This document shows positions 1 to 12,327 of a DNA stretch of 64,000 bases, one piece after another. The first letter of the stretch is position 1, and the number at the start of each line of letters is the position of its first letter. Location: assembly GCA_046563655.1 (NCBI GenBank), contig CM102283.1, positions 6,324,001-6,388,000 of the forward strand, given 5' to 3'. Under the pieces are notes generated by a model. It was not told the origin of the DNA, ran no database searches, and was given only the letters and a program-made list of their open reading frames with translations. Source of the stretch: Yuukianura sp. NJ FZ-2021 (taxonomy: Eukaryota). The translations under genes were made by a program, and so were the position numbers.

Positions 1-2871
1 CCTGGACACATCGCTGTATCCGTCAAGCAGATTGTATCCTGATTGTGGGAATGGGTGATGGAGAGCCAACTATTGGAAAGACGGAGAAGCAATTGGAGCA
101 CTTATCAATCAGGACGCAACGTGAGTTGGTACTTTTACATCGGGAAGGCGGTGACAAGCCTAGAAACACGGCGCTTTGGCTGAATGCTAGAACCTGGTGC
201 TCGTCTCATCATCATCTCCAATGTCCGAAGCGGATGTTTTCGAAAAAGCCGAAGAACGTGAGTGTTTTACTTGGACTTTAACCAGTATTTTTTAAAGAAT
301 AATTTAATATGCTTGGAATTTCTGATGTTGCAGATTGATTACTTTGAGTCAATCAGAAGAGTCGAGCCAAGTGTGCATTCGGATTTCTCGAGATTGGCTC
401 GATGGTTGACTGGAACTTCAGTTGGACTCGTTCTGGGCGGAGGCGGAGCACGAGGTGCTGCACACGTTGGAATGATTAAGTCAATCCAAGAAGCAGGAAT
501 ACCCATTGATATGGTTGGGGGAGTCAGTATTGGAGCGTTTATGGGTGCTCTGTGGTGTGCTGAGCGAAATGTCACCACGATGACGCAAAAAGCAAGGGAA
601 TGGAGCAAGAAAATGACTCAATGGTGGCGCCAAATTTGGGATCTCACATATCCGGTTACATCCATGTTTACAGGACACGGGTTCAATCAAACTATCAAGG
701 ATACCTTCGGGGATGTACAAATTGAAGACTTGTGGCTACCCTATTTCACAGTTACGACGGATATCACGTCTAGTCAGATGAGAATCCACACCCATGGTAC
801 GTTCATTCTTCATTTAAATAGTAGTTATGAAAATATTCAAATTCCAAACTCCTTTCCTTTCCTACTTTTTGCCTTTCCGTTTGCCTTAATATCTTTTCTT
901 ACCTTTTTGAATTGATTTTTGCTAAAAAATAATTTGCGAAACTACAGACTTTTTGGACATGATGTAATTTGTGGTTGTGTGATTGATAACATAGGATCCC
1001 TTTGGCGTTACATTCGGAGTAGCATGAGTCTCTCTGGTTACATGCCACCTCTCTGCGATCCTCAAGATGGTCATCTTTTACTGGACGGTGGTTACACCAA
1101 CAATTTGCCTGGTACACATTAATAACTCCGCACGATGGACGGCTAAGCATGCTCGACTTATGACATTCGTCCATGCTTAGCCAGAGTCCATCGCAGGCAA
1201 ACATTGAGCCAAGAGTTTGATTGAATTCATATGAGAGCTGGGCCGCTTTTGTCGCTGAATTCCGGAAATGCGAAGTACAAAGCTTGAGAGCATTACATTT
1301 TTGGCGCTTCCGGTTGTCCTGTCCAGATTCCTTTTCCTTATAAGCGTTTCAGTTTTCCTTTTACCCCTTTCCAGCCCGTTTCCGACCAACCAAAGTACTA
1401 GAATGCTTTGTTGAGAAGTTTACGGAAAATTTATTGTTTAGGTTGTCTCTGGCGTTACGTCCGGGCAAGTATGTCGTTCGCCGGAGTGTTCCCACCTTTA
1501 TGTGACCCGGAGGACGGCCATTTATTATTGGATGGATGCTATTCAAACAACGTCCCGGGTCTCAAATGAATTCAAACCAAACTTATTAACTTAAAATTCA
1601 TTATGATTTGTTATGTAAAAGTTGTACATTGTAATATCGTAAAAACAGTTTGGTCAAAAAGTGAGAAGATCAAACATAAGAAAACCAAGCGTAACCTACT
1701 ATTTGTAGTGGTTGTTTCCACTTTTTGACCTTGTCACTTTTTGATCAAATTATTTCGACCATTTCACCTGCTACGGTAAAACTTGATTGTTGCTAAATTG
1801 TAATTTTTGTGTAGGAGATGTCATGAAAAGCAGAGGTGCGTGCCATATTTTGGCTATCGACGTTGGATCTCAGGACGACACTGATTTGACCAATTACGGA
1901 GACTCTTTGTCCGGCTGGTGGTTGCTTTGGCAGAGATGGACTGGTCACTTCCGGACGAATGCCATCAAAGTTCCAAATTTGCCGGATATCCAATCCCGAC
2001 TGGCGTATGTGTCCTGTGTGAAGCAATTAGAGGAAGTCCGGAATAGCGACTACGTCCACTATGTTCGACCACCGATTGATAAGTACAAGACTCTCCAGTT
2101 TGGCAGTTTCGACGAAATTAAGGTAAACTGAATGGAAGTCATGTTTAGACTCTGGTTAGAAGCATTGTTGCTGGATGGATAAAATATTTCTTCCACTTTC
2201 CTCGAAAGTGGTGGATATATCTGGATTTTATTGGCTTGTCCTGGACGAAACTCCGTTTCGTTCGTCAGGAACTGTATTTTATTTGGATTTATTCATCTAT
2301 TACCTGGACGAAATGCTAGCAAAAGGCTAACAGCAACACTTGCTACATGTATTCCGGATTATAATTGATTTGATTTTTGTAGGAGGTGGGATACAATCAC
2401 GGCAAGACCTATTTCGATGGAATGCTTAGGGGAAGTCAACTGTCGCCGAAGGGGTCTGGGCCATTGGTCAATCCACAACAAATACTTCAGCGTGTCGCTT
2501 CAAACAGGAACTTGAGCAGTTTGGGTCGATCGATGAGTGGATCCTACAATTTTAATGAAATGGCGCAACTTGTTTGTCAAGTCAAAGGCAACTATTCTGC
2601 GGACGAGTATTCAGGAGACGAAGACTACACTGATGACGAAAACGGATACATCTCAGAACCTTCAGCAGAAATCCTTCACCTCGCCAAAAAAGAAGTAAGT
2701 TCTAAAGAATAGTGCTTGGCACTACTGAAACAGTATGTATTGGCAGTATGCTTTGATGAAACGGTGGTTTTATAAGATTCTTTTGACTTTTAGTATGAGC
2801 AAGAGCGTGAGGATGGAACGCTTAGTCCTGAGCTGCGTCGCTTGGAAGATGCGGAATTAACTGATGCTTAA
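1..2871 (+). CDS. sws: Neuropathy target esterase / swiss cheese (PNPLA6/7-like patatin phospholipase), 3' part; multi-exon, 5' end outside the window
   Basis: Patatin motifs GGGARG, GVSIG (catalytic Ser) and LLLDGGY; NTE-typical [12 protein letters not shown] and [14 protein letters not shown] introns join ORFs 45, 262, 919, 1787 and 2386. Stop TAA at 2869-2871. Confidence 0.93.
995..1111 (+). other. sws: sws alternative exon A (117 nt, DGG version)
   Basis: atag|GATCCC...CCTG|gtacac, phase 1-1; encodes [39 protein letters not shown]. Confidence 0.9.
1442..1558 (+). other. sws: sws alternative exon B (117 nt, DGC version), probable mutually exclusive partner of exon A
   Basis: tttag|GTTGTC...CCGG|gtctca; same length and phase as exon A; encodes [39 protein letters not shown] with no stop codon. 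Confidence 0.85.
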
Positions 2872-3081
2872 AAAGACCTGATTTTTTGCTCCAAAGATAT
2901 CACTCTACTTCTCTATGTACTTCGTGGCTTTAATTGTTTGAATTCTTTGAATTATTGTACTATTCCATGGATTCTAGGAATACGTATTATTTAAATGTCA
3001 TTGTCTAAATTATTCGTTATGAAGCGCTTTTATTCCGGGTTTACGAATATAAAAATAATCCATGAATTAAAAACGAGATTT

Positions 3082-5286
3082 TCATTGTTCTCTTGTGATC
3101 TGTTCGACGTTGGGGGAGCTTTGATTAGTCAACTCTGGGTCTAGCAGTGACAGAAAAGCACCAACCAAATGAAGTGATCCAGTGACGAGAACATTGACTT
3201 TTGTATCTTTTGACATTTCGTCTAAATATTCCATCGCTTCGTTGATAGAATGTGGCAGTTCCAGAGTCCGTTCTGTTGGACATAATCGTTTCCAAATAGA
3301 GCCAAGCTTAATTGCTTTTTCCATTACGTCTGTTTCATCCCTCACTGCGGACCAGTTATCTACACAAAACAAGTGGAAAATTTTCAAGACCATTACAAAC
3401 TTATTATCTAAGAAACTCCAGAAATAAACAATGATTTTTCTTGACTCACCGGCAGCGCCAGCTTCCAGAGTGACAATTGGACAAAACACGGCAGAATCGT
3501 AGTGGTTCGAAATGGCTAGCGGACGGAGCATCTCCTCGGCGTTTCTATCTCCGGTGACGTTGAACAGCAAAACTCTTAGGGTTGATTTGTCATCAGCGGT
3601 TTGACGAAAGAACCACTCGTGAGCAGCCATCAAGCTTTCAGCAGTATGAGCGCCATCTAGGAAGTATGTGAGTTGCGAACTCCGCTGGAGAATCTACAAA
3701 TGAGAATCCAATTAGTTTTAGCAACTACCATTTATGGTATTTACATTGTCTGAATCAATTTACCTGAAATCGACCTGGCCAGAAGCAATTTGCAAGTCCG
3801 GAGCGATGCCAAGACAGAAGCGGAAACGGTTGACCAATCACAGCTTTAGAAATTGAACCTGATAGTCGCTCGGGATATTTTTGTTGAATGAAGGTGTTTG
3901 CTAGCTGAATTGCGAGCGAGGCATTCAAACGGGTGACGGCACTGTCATCCTTGAACACTGGAAGTCTCTCGTAAGAAGTCAACGGCGGTGCAATAAGTAA
4001 AGGACACTGTTGGGTGTATAAACAATACTTGTTCAAGTAATGCAAAAACAAAAAGAAACGAAAAAAGAAGCATAATACTTGCAAATACCTTGGCTTTCAC
4101 GGCATGATCATGCAATACTTGGAGAATATAATTCGGATGTGTTGGAACCGTGAAACATGGAACACCCGTTTTCATGATCCCAGCCTTTGCTAAAGCTATT
4201 TCTTCAAGCGTGTTTCCCAGTACGTGTTGATGTTCCAGTGCTAAGGAAGTGATTCCAGTCACAATCGGTCTCCTACAAGAGTGCATAAATTATTGTCAAT
4301 TTTGCTTTTAGCTAATTTGTGTAAAATGTGTGCAAAAAGCATTCAATCGTACGTCATCAATTGTCAATCGTCAATTGATTTGACCAAACCAACCTGACTA
4401 TATTCGTAGAGTCCATCGTCCCGCCCATTCCGACTTCCAAAACGACCACATCCACCTTTTCTTGGAAAAATGCATAGAATCCCATACAAGTCAGAAAACG
4501 AAAGTAAGCCGGCATATCATCTTCCGATTCCTGAAACCACAAACTTTTATGTTAAACATGAAATTGTACTGAATTACAGCTTTCAGTCTATACCTTAGAA
4601 GATTCCATGTTTCGGTAAACGTGGAAAAAGTACTTTGCAAACTTGTCCTTGGACAATGGTTTCCCATCAATACGAATCCTTTCTCGTACAGCAACTAAAT
4701 GTGGCGATGAGTAAAACCCGGTTCGAAGTCCGGCATGACGAAGAATGCTTTCGACAAAGGCACAAGTCGTTCCCTTTCCTTTGGTCCCAGAGACATGAAT
4801 AACATTTAGCGTATCTAACTGATCTCTTGTGAGTCCACCACGTTCAAGATTCCGGACAGTTTCCGCGAGTACTTCTTCGGCAGATACGTGTGGATTTCGG
4901 CTCCAATGCTGCAAAGTCTTCACGTTGGATTGAAGCGTGTTCAACTTTTTAATTGCATCCTGCAAATCAAATGAGGAAGTCAGTTGTTTTGTTCATAAGA
5001 GCTCAACGATAGTTTAGTTAGTAACCTCGTAAGTGTTTTCGGTCTTTACTGTTGAAGTTGAAATACTGCGACATGGATGAGGCGAAAAATGTGTTGTGAC
5101 AATAGACCGACTCGAGCACACGGCGCAAGACGTCATGACGCTGGCAAGTGGCGTTGTCCTTCCTGGATGATTATGTCGCGACACCAATAATGAAGCAATT
5201 TGGGTAGCTCTTGAGTGTATGAAGGGAGACTTCGGAATGAACACGTTTCGTTGTAGTGTACTAAACACTTTAGTAGTTAGAACCAT
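3082..5286 (-). CDS. FPGS: Folylpolyglutamate synthase with a mitochondrial-type N-terminal extension; multi-exon
   Basis: DAIKKLNTLQSN, IHVSGTKGKGTTC, GFYSSPHL, LEVGMGG, KAGIMK, WPGRFQ, YFLDGAHT and LVTGSLHLVG. The first coding exon is Arg/Ser-rich. Confidence 0.93.
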
Positions 5287-6394
5287 GAGCCTAGAAATAG
5301 GACATGAAGATTTTGCCCTGCAAACACAAATTACATAATAATTCAAAAAGAAGTTGAGTTGACCTTCAATCTTATCAAGCAAAAACTCACTCCCATTTAA
5401 ACTGGTACTTGAGGTGTCAAAGGTCACTTTTGACTTGTCTGCGCATGTCGTTTCTGCAACAGTGTAAGAAAATTCTGAAGCATTCGTGGTTTCGTGCGTA
5501 ACTCATCATGATAATGTGGCCATACTTACGTTTACGTTAGAAGTGACATTGTACCAGTGCGTCATTTACTTCATCTTTCCGGTTCCGCAAAACAAAATTC
5601 GTGCATTTGAATCTTGGAGTTACTGAAAATTTTCATCACAGATTCACAGACCGTACGTCAGTTCCGTAACACGAACAGATTGGAATTAAACTTCATAGAG
5701 TCCTAATAAAATCATTACCTCGTAAGCAATTCCAGAAAGGCTGTCTCCGTTCCTCACCTTTGACCCGCCCCAGTCACACGATTTTATGTTCAAAGTTCAT
5801 AATTTGATGATGACCTTTGCTTTTGCTGAATTCGCCTTCTCTTGTCTCTTGTTCTAGCCGAAAACAAAACAGTGAATCACCAGCTGACTTCCTTAAAGCT
5901 TAAGTTACCCGCTTCTGGGATTCACTGGTGGTATTGCCTCACTTGGGTTGTTGAGTTGTTACAGCTCATCCTACCACGCTCTTTTCTTCACAGATTTTAA
6001 TTTACCAAATATTGTGTTTTCATAATTAAATTAATTAGCAAATAATTAGTTAATTTACTTCTTAACTCATCCTCATAAGACGCGTACTCCAAAGAATGAC
6101 GCTATGAAAGTTTTGAACCAAAGAAGGCGGGATTTTCGCCCACTATTTTCCATGATTTGATGTTGACAAATAAAACAGGTGACTTCGTTGTTGCTGGAAC
6201 TGGAAGGACAAGGAAGGCAGGTAAGCATCAGTTGATCTGTTGATGGACGTTAATTATTTAGGGTAGCAATTATAATTAAGTACATAATAGCAATTAGTAG
6301 TTGTAAGTTCTCAAAGCACGTAGTACTAACACAACAAAGGTAGAAAGGCTTCAATTTCAAACAGTACTTGAGTTTGTTCGATTCAAAACAGGTC

Positions 6395-8492
6395 ATGGAG
6401 ATGGAGCCGGAATCCCCTAATGAAAATCAGCAACGCTCACCGGAAACTGAGAATACTGGGGTGCAAGTGGATCGAACAGAACCGTTATTGGTATCCGACT
6501 CTGAGACTGACCCGCCATTTATTACTGAAGAAGACGATTCAGATGATTTGAACAGACTACTTTCTGGTAACAGTCAGTTTTCCTTAGCCACCGAATCGAG
6601 ACTCCATTCCGAAGTGGATACTCTGGAGGAGAGCCAGAAAGCAGATTCAATTACAACGTCTAACGACTCCTCGACAGCGGCTGTTGATGAGCTGTTTGAC
6701 CAAGATGGACGTGAAGGTGGTATGGACTTGTCATGTGACGAAGAATGGAAAACTCAGAAACGACACGTTTTTATTCTGAGTGAATCTGGGAAACCAATTT
6801 ATTCCAGGTAAAATAGAGAAACTTGATGGACTCACATTCTATTACTCACTGAAATGTGCTAAAGTTACGTAACATGTTTACTGATTTCAGGTTTGGGAAT
6901 GAAGATAAACTGGTGACACTCTTCGGTTTAATGCAAGCCCTCGTCTCAGTTGTCCAGGATGATGATGACACTATTCGTTCCATTTCCATTGGGAAGGTCC
7001 GAATTGTGTTTCTACTTAAAACCCCACTGATTCTCGTCGGCGTTTCTCGACAAGGCCAATCAATTTCCCAGATGCAGACAGAATTGATGTAAGTCTCCAG
7101 TTGTAAAAACAAACTGATTTACATTTTTGTTGTAATTTTCCTCTTTATCTCCACAGGTACTACTATAATCAAGTTGTCAGCATTCTTACATTGAAGCAAC
7201 TGGAAAAGATTTATGAAAAGCGGAGAAATTACGACCTCCGCCGTCTTCTAGCCGGTATGTACCACCAGGATACCATGAAACTCTGGTTGATGTTGTGATG
7301 CAATTAGTTTTTGAAGAAACTTAAATTTATTCTTGCAGGGTCGGAACGTCTTCTAACTTCACTATCGGATTCCATGGAAGACGATCCCAGCTTCATGTTG
7401 GGTGCTGTCCGATGTCTCCCACTTGCGAACAACGTTAGGGAAACAATAGCAAACACTATCATCCAACACACTACAAAACTGAAGGACGTTGTGTTTGCAA
7501 TACTAATTGCTGGGAACCAATTAGTCACGCTTGTTAGAATGAAGAAATGTTTTATGCATCCTACGGACCTTCTGATTATACGAAATCTTGTCAATGCCTC
7601 TGAATCTTTCAAGACCGGGGAGAACTGGACCCCGATTTGTCTTCCACGATTCGATCCAAGGTATTTAGAACTACTCAAAAAGACTGTCTAATTTAAAAAA
7701 AAAGTAAGCATTGGAAATTGACATTTGAACTAACCTTTCAGCGGTTTCGTGCATGCCCACGTATCTTACCTGACAGACGACTGTGAAGCATGTCTCATTT
7801 TACTGACTGTGGATAGAGATTCCTTTTTCGCATTATCCGCGGCGAAGCAAAAAATTGTCGAGGTATTTGATGTTTTTTTTAGTTAGAAAATACCCTAACC
7901 ATCCTCAATTTGTGTAAGTCAAACTTATTTTTCAGAAACTTTGCAACACAAACTGTCTGGAGAGCATCACAACCGCAATTAAAAGCTCATGGCCAACCAT
8001 GAGTGCCGTATCAATTCCACAAATTCGACATTTCATCTACAAGTCCAAACATATCGCACAATTCACATCCACAAATCTATTAATGTCTGCTGTCGAATCC
8101 CATGAATCACCGACTCCAACCTCAGGAGAACCAAACAGTAACAAAGGACCGAGAGCTTGTCCAGCATTTCTGCGACTGTTTTCTACATACTCCAAAATCC
8201 ATGCCAGACTGCATAATCATTCAAGGCCACTGAGGCTCCTGTATACCGTCGGAAACAACGAAAACTTTATGGGATGGGTACGATCTCAAGAAAATCAGCT
8301 TCAGAATTTTACTTTTCGTGGGGTTAATTTTAAAATTTTACGATTTTGCAGGTAACGAGTACTTTTGAGTTGTACTTGACATTTGAGCCTTTCACGAAGA
8401 AGCCTGTAGCTATTGCTGGAGTGGAAAAACTGTTGAAATGGGTTAAGAAAGAAGAAGATCGTCTATTTATTACAAACTCGCCCACTTTTTAA
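6395..8492 (+). CDS. MON1: Vacuolar fusion protein MON1 homolog; multi-exon
   Basis: HVFILSESGKPIYSR, NYDLRRLL, NWTPICLPRFD, C-terminal LLKWVKKEEDRLFI. Confidence 0.92.
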
Positions 8493-8565
8493 GTAATATT
8501 AATTAGGAAATAGTTTTAGCTGAATTGCATTATTGAGTCATAGGAAATACAAATTGAAATTCTTC

Positions 8566-11500
8566 TTACATAATAAACTTCTTCGCATTCGAATTGAAAA
8601 CTTGTTTGCGCTTCACGAGGATGGGAGGTTCATCATCATCATCATCGTCGCCACTATCATCATCTTCATCAATGACAAGATGTGGTGACATGTCATTGTC
8701 AGTTCCCTCTTCCTCGTCATCTCTATCATCTTCATCATCATCGATAAAGTTTGACATATCGTTGTCATTTTCTTCATCTTCATCATCAATGAATTCACGA
8801 TCTTCATCGTTCTCTTCCTCTTCAGCAGAAACTTCTTCAGAAGATTCAGAGTCCGCTGGCTCTTCCATTTCTTCATCACTCTCCAGACAATCTTCCCCGT
8901 CAAAGGCATACATAGCCAAGGAATTCTTGGTCATAATGATTCCCTTCTCCCACAAATCGGCACAAACCTGGATCTGTTTGAAAAAAGAAAACGCATTTCA
9001 GTAATCAATTGAATTGACGTTAGTAATGAACATGAGGTTGTCCATTCTTACTTTAAGATCCTGATCTTGCCCTGGAATTTTTTCAACTGCAACGAATTCC
9101 GGGTAAGATGTAAACAAGAATTCCACCGCAGGGCCAGCATTGTCCGGTAGTTCCAAATATGCTGGCTCCTCCCCATGATATTCAAGTGAATTTTGAGCAT
9201 TGAAGTACAGGCGCAAACTCCCTTCTTCCAGGACTAAGCGACAGGCATGACGACGAACCAGCTTCACTTCTACTTCACGACCCATCTCGACTCTATTGAG
9301 CACTGTTCCCTCGTGTATGAATTCACCGTCAGCAAACACGGTTCGACGTTTCTCCTAAAATTTTTAAAGAAATCAGTGTGTCATGAATAAGTTGACGATA
9401 AAAATGAAACTAAAATGAAACTGAATTACCTTGGATGAGAGAAATGGCGGTAGGGAGTCCCATACGAGCTTCTTCCCAAGCTGATCCACGGCCAAGTCAC
9501 AAGACTTTGTCAAAATCCCTGCAGCCAGTTTCTTAACTTTCGTCTGGAATGCTTCTCGTTGTTCCAGAATATGTTCCTCGGTCCTGTCTTGATGAACAAT
9601 TCCCATGTATGACAAATAGTCCAGTGGAAGGCCGCGACGAAGCTCTAAAGTGCTGGCCATTGCCTCCTCCAAAGCCATTGGCAAATACTGAAAAGTCAAA
9701 CGATTGTAAGTTTCTTTTGCAAATTGCCGTAACTTGAAATGTGTTAACTACTTACAGCGCTTATCAAATCTCCATAAGTATTAGTTTGATAGGCAGAAAT
9801 TGTGAGGTGCAGAGAGTGCTCATCGGTACAGTTAGCTTGATGAATGATTCCACGGGGAAAGTACAGGAAGTCACCGGGACCCAACGTCACATCCAAGATA
9901 GGAGCCCCCAATTTGTCCTTCTCTTCATTGAAGTTCTTACTGGAAAATCGCGGTAGTTGTTCATTCTTTTGCCGGGGTTTGTATAGCTTCCAATTCTTGT
10001 AGCCCTCAATTTGGAGTATGAAAGCTGTAAATGCAAGTTAATTGAATAATAAGTAATACATCATGTTTCGATTATTATATTTTAGCAGTACCCAGTACAG
10101 TTTAGTAAAAAATCGAGACAAACATACCTTCAATGTCATCAAAATGCGGTGCGAAACCTTGTGAATCTGAAACAGCAAATTCATTGTTACTTAGCTAATA
10201 TGATCTCCAATCAAGTTTAAATTGGTTTCATCCGAATGTTCCATAGTAATCACCTGGCGGTGTAAGGTAAGCGTTACATCCGACAAAAGTTCCCAAATAC
10301 TCCTGTAATTGATTTTTAAACATTTAAGCGTGTGATGCTGCTTATAAATAAGTAAAAAATAGCAATTCGAACCTGCAATGCAGCGTTCATTCTCCAAATT
10401 GGCTTGATATAGGTTTGTGGATTTAAAAACCGGACGGAGTTTCCGTTACTGAAATAATCCCAAACTACTGCCGGAAGAGCTCGTGTGCCATCAGCTGGAT
10501 TGTGTGTTTGGCGTTCTCCGTCTAAATTGAGAAAAGTAAAGTTAAAATTAGACTAATCTTAAGCTCAATTACTCGTGTAATTCGGACTAGCCAAAATTTT
10601 GGAAACTCGGTTTAAATTCTGTTTCAGGTAAAGTGTCTCACCGATGTAAGAAGTGATGTCAATGTTTTTCCCAAACTTGATATTATTTTTTCTGAGAACG
10701 TCATCAAGGGTTGATGAGGTCATAAGCCATTTGAAAAGGTCATGTTTCTCAGTTCGTTTCAGATGAAGCGGTTTCTTTTCCCAGTGCTCGGCGAAGAATG
10801 TCTCCGTGGTCATTGGATGAATAAGCCATTCGAAAACATCTTTTCCATGTAAAGCGCTATCATAAATAGGTGCAGAATCGAAGAGCGATTCGATGGACGC
10901 CAGTCGTCGTGAAGTTCTTGTTGGCACGGCAGGAGGAGCAGCAGATGCAGAATGTTGCGCATTCGATTGCTTCTTTTTCTTAGGCTTCAATCCGTTCGAT
11001 ATTTGTGGCGCTGGAACTGGGACTTCTTCCTCGTTTTCATCATCGCTCTCGACCACGACTACTCGCTTTTTCTGTTTTGGTTCAATAGGTTTTTTCTGTG
11101 GAGCTTCAAACGTATTGCTGGACGGTTCTGCCAATTCCAACCGTTTTTTCTTTTTCTTCTTCTTCTTATTTAAATCGTTCAATCCAGGAGTAGAAGCTGT
11201 GGGCGACGACGTATTGTTAGTATGGTCCTCACTGGTCATCAATGATTCGGATAATTTCCTCTTCTTGTTCTTTTGTTTCGGTTTACTTGCTTCAATTGAT
11301 GGAGGCTCAGGTTCTTGTTCTTCGCGTTTAATAACGTTTTTCTTCTTCGGAGATGATGGTGCTGGAACACTTTCTTGCTTAACATGATCAGCATTGCCTT
11401 TGCTCTTCCGTTTCCTATTCTTTTTCTTCCGGGAACGTACGCTTGTATCCTCAAAAGACCGAACGCCTGGAATCTGGTTGAAGAAAAAATCAGTTCACAA

Positions 11501-11611
11501 GACAAATAACTAATTTCAACACCGCATAAGCAAGTTTACCAAGTTCTTGTAGACAGCAAATGCAGGTACTTTCGATGGGTTGAAACCCTGATCGTCCGAA
11601 TCGCTGTCCAT
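8566..11611 (-). CDS. NO66: JmjC ribosomal oxygenase / histidyl hydroxylase NO66 (RIOX1-like); multi-exon
   Basis: FFAEHWEKKPL, YLTPP, QGFAPHFDDIEAFILQIEG, LLYFPRGIIHQA, LRRGLPLDYL. Basic Lys-rich N-terminus and acidic C-terminal tail. Confidence 0.9.
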
Positions 11612-12327
11612 TTTGGTCGTTAGTGAGACGTCCTTCAAGAGGTAAACAGTATTTGACTAATAATGACACACAGAATTAGTATGTTACAGAATTACAACTC
11701 TTTCCCGAGACTGATGCCGGAGAGAAGCTGTAGAATGGCAATTATTATTATCGGTACCTTGTCTTGCCGGGCGACAAACGCAGCACGGTCCGGACAATGA
11801 TAAAACAATGGACAAAGACGTCAGCTCCAGCGGAAACTTGTAGAAAGGATTGATTGCTAATGGCATTCAATAAAATAAAATTAGTTCGACTTATTAAATT
11901 GCATCTAAGTCTTAGCTTGTTAGCTTACCTTCCTTGTTCCCTTTCTAAATTTAATCGGTTAATTGGCCTAAAACGTTAGTTTCTTCCACAGTTGGTCGGT
12001 GCAACTGCAAGCTCAGTCAAACATGTGCTTCCCTCCCTCACCATGTTCGGAATTCGGATGGCAAATGCTCCATTCGAGATTCGAATTCGAATAACATTGC
12101 TAAAAAAAAACATTTTTTTTTGCCTCAAAAAATTTGAAATTATTGCTCGCGCCATTCAACACATATGATAAAAAGAGCAAAAAAAATTGTTGTGAGTGTG
12201 ACACAGAAACATGTGTTGATCAATCAGAAATTAATTAATTAATTATTTAATTTGTTATAATTTAACAAATAACAATTAGGGATAGGTTATCGTTTCTTTT
12301 TGATTCATAGGAAAAGTATTCCCGAAG

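Noticed and set aside
2161-2343. Short inverted repeats and hairpins in an sws intron
   Set aside because: Arms are only 8-10 bp with no clear target-site duplication; too weak to call a MITE or functional structure.
5719-5800. Minus-strand segment ending GCTTACGAG|GTAATG that mimics the end of FPGS coding exon 1 (possible cytosolic-isoform first exon)
   Set aside because: No in-frame ATG before an upstream stop. More likely a 5' UTR exon or chance; needs cDNA.
8594-9004. Ser-rich + strand ORF (and similar ORFs at 10893, 19079 and 38248-41140)
   Set aside because: Antisense shadows of acidic, basic or coiled-coil coding exons on the other strand.
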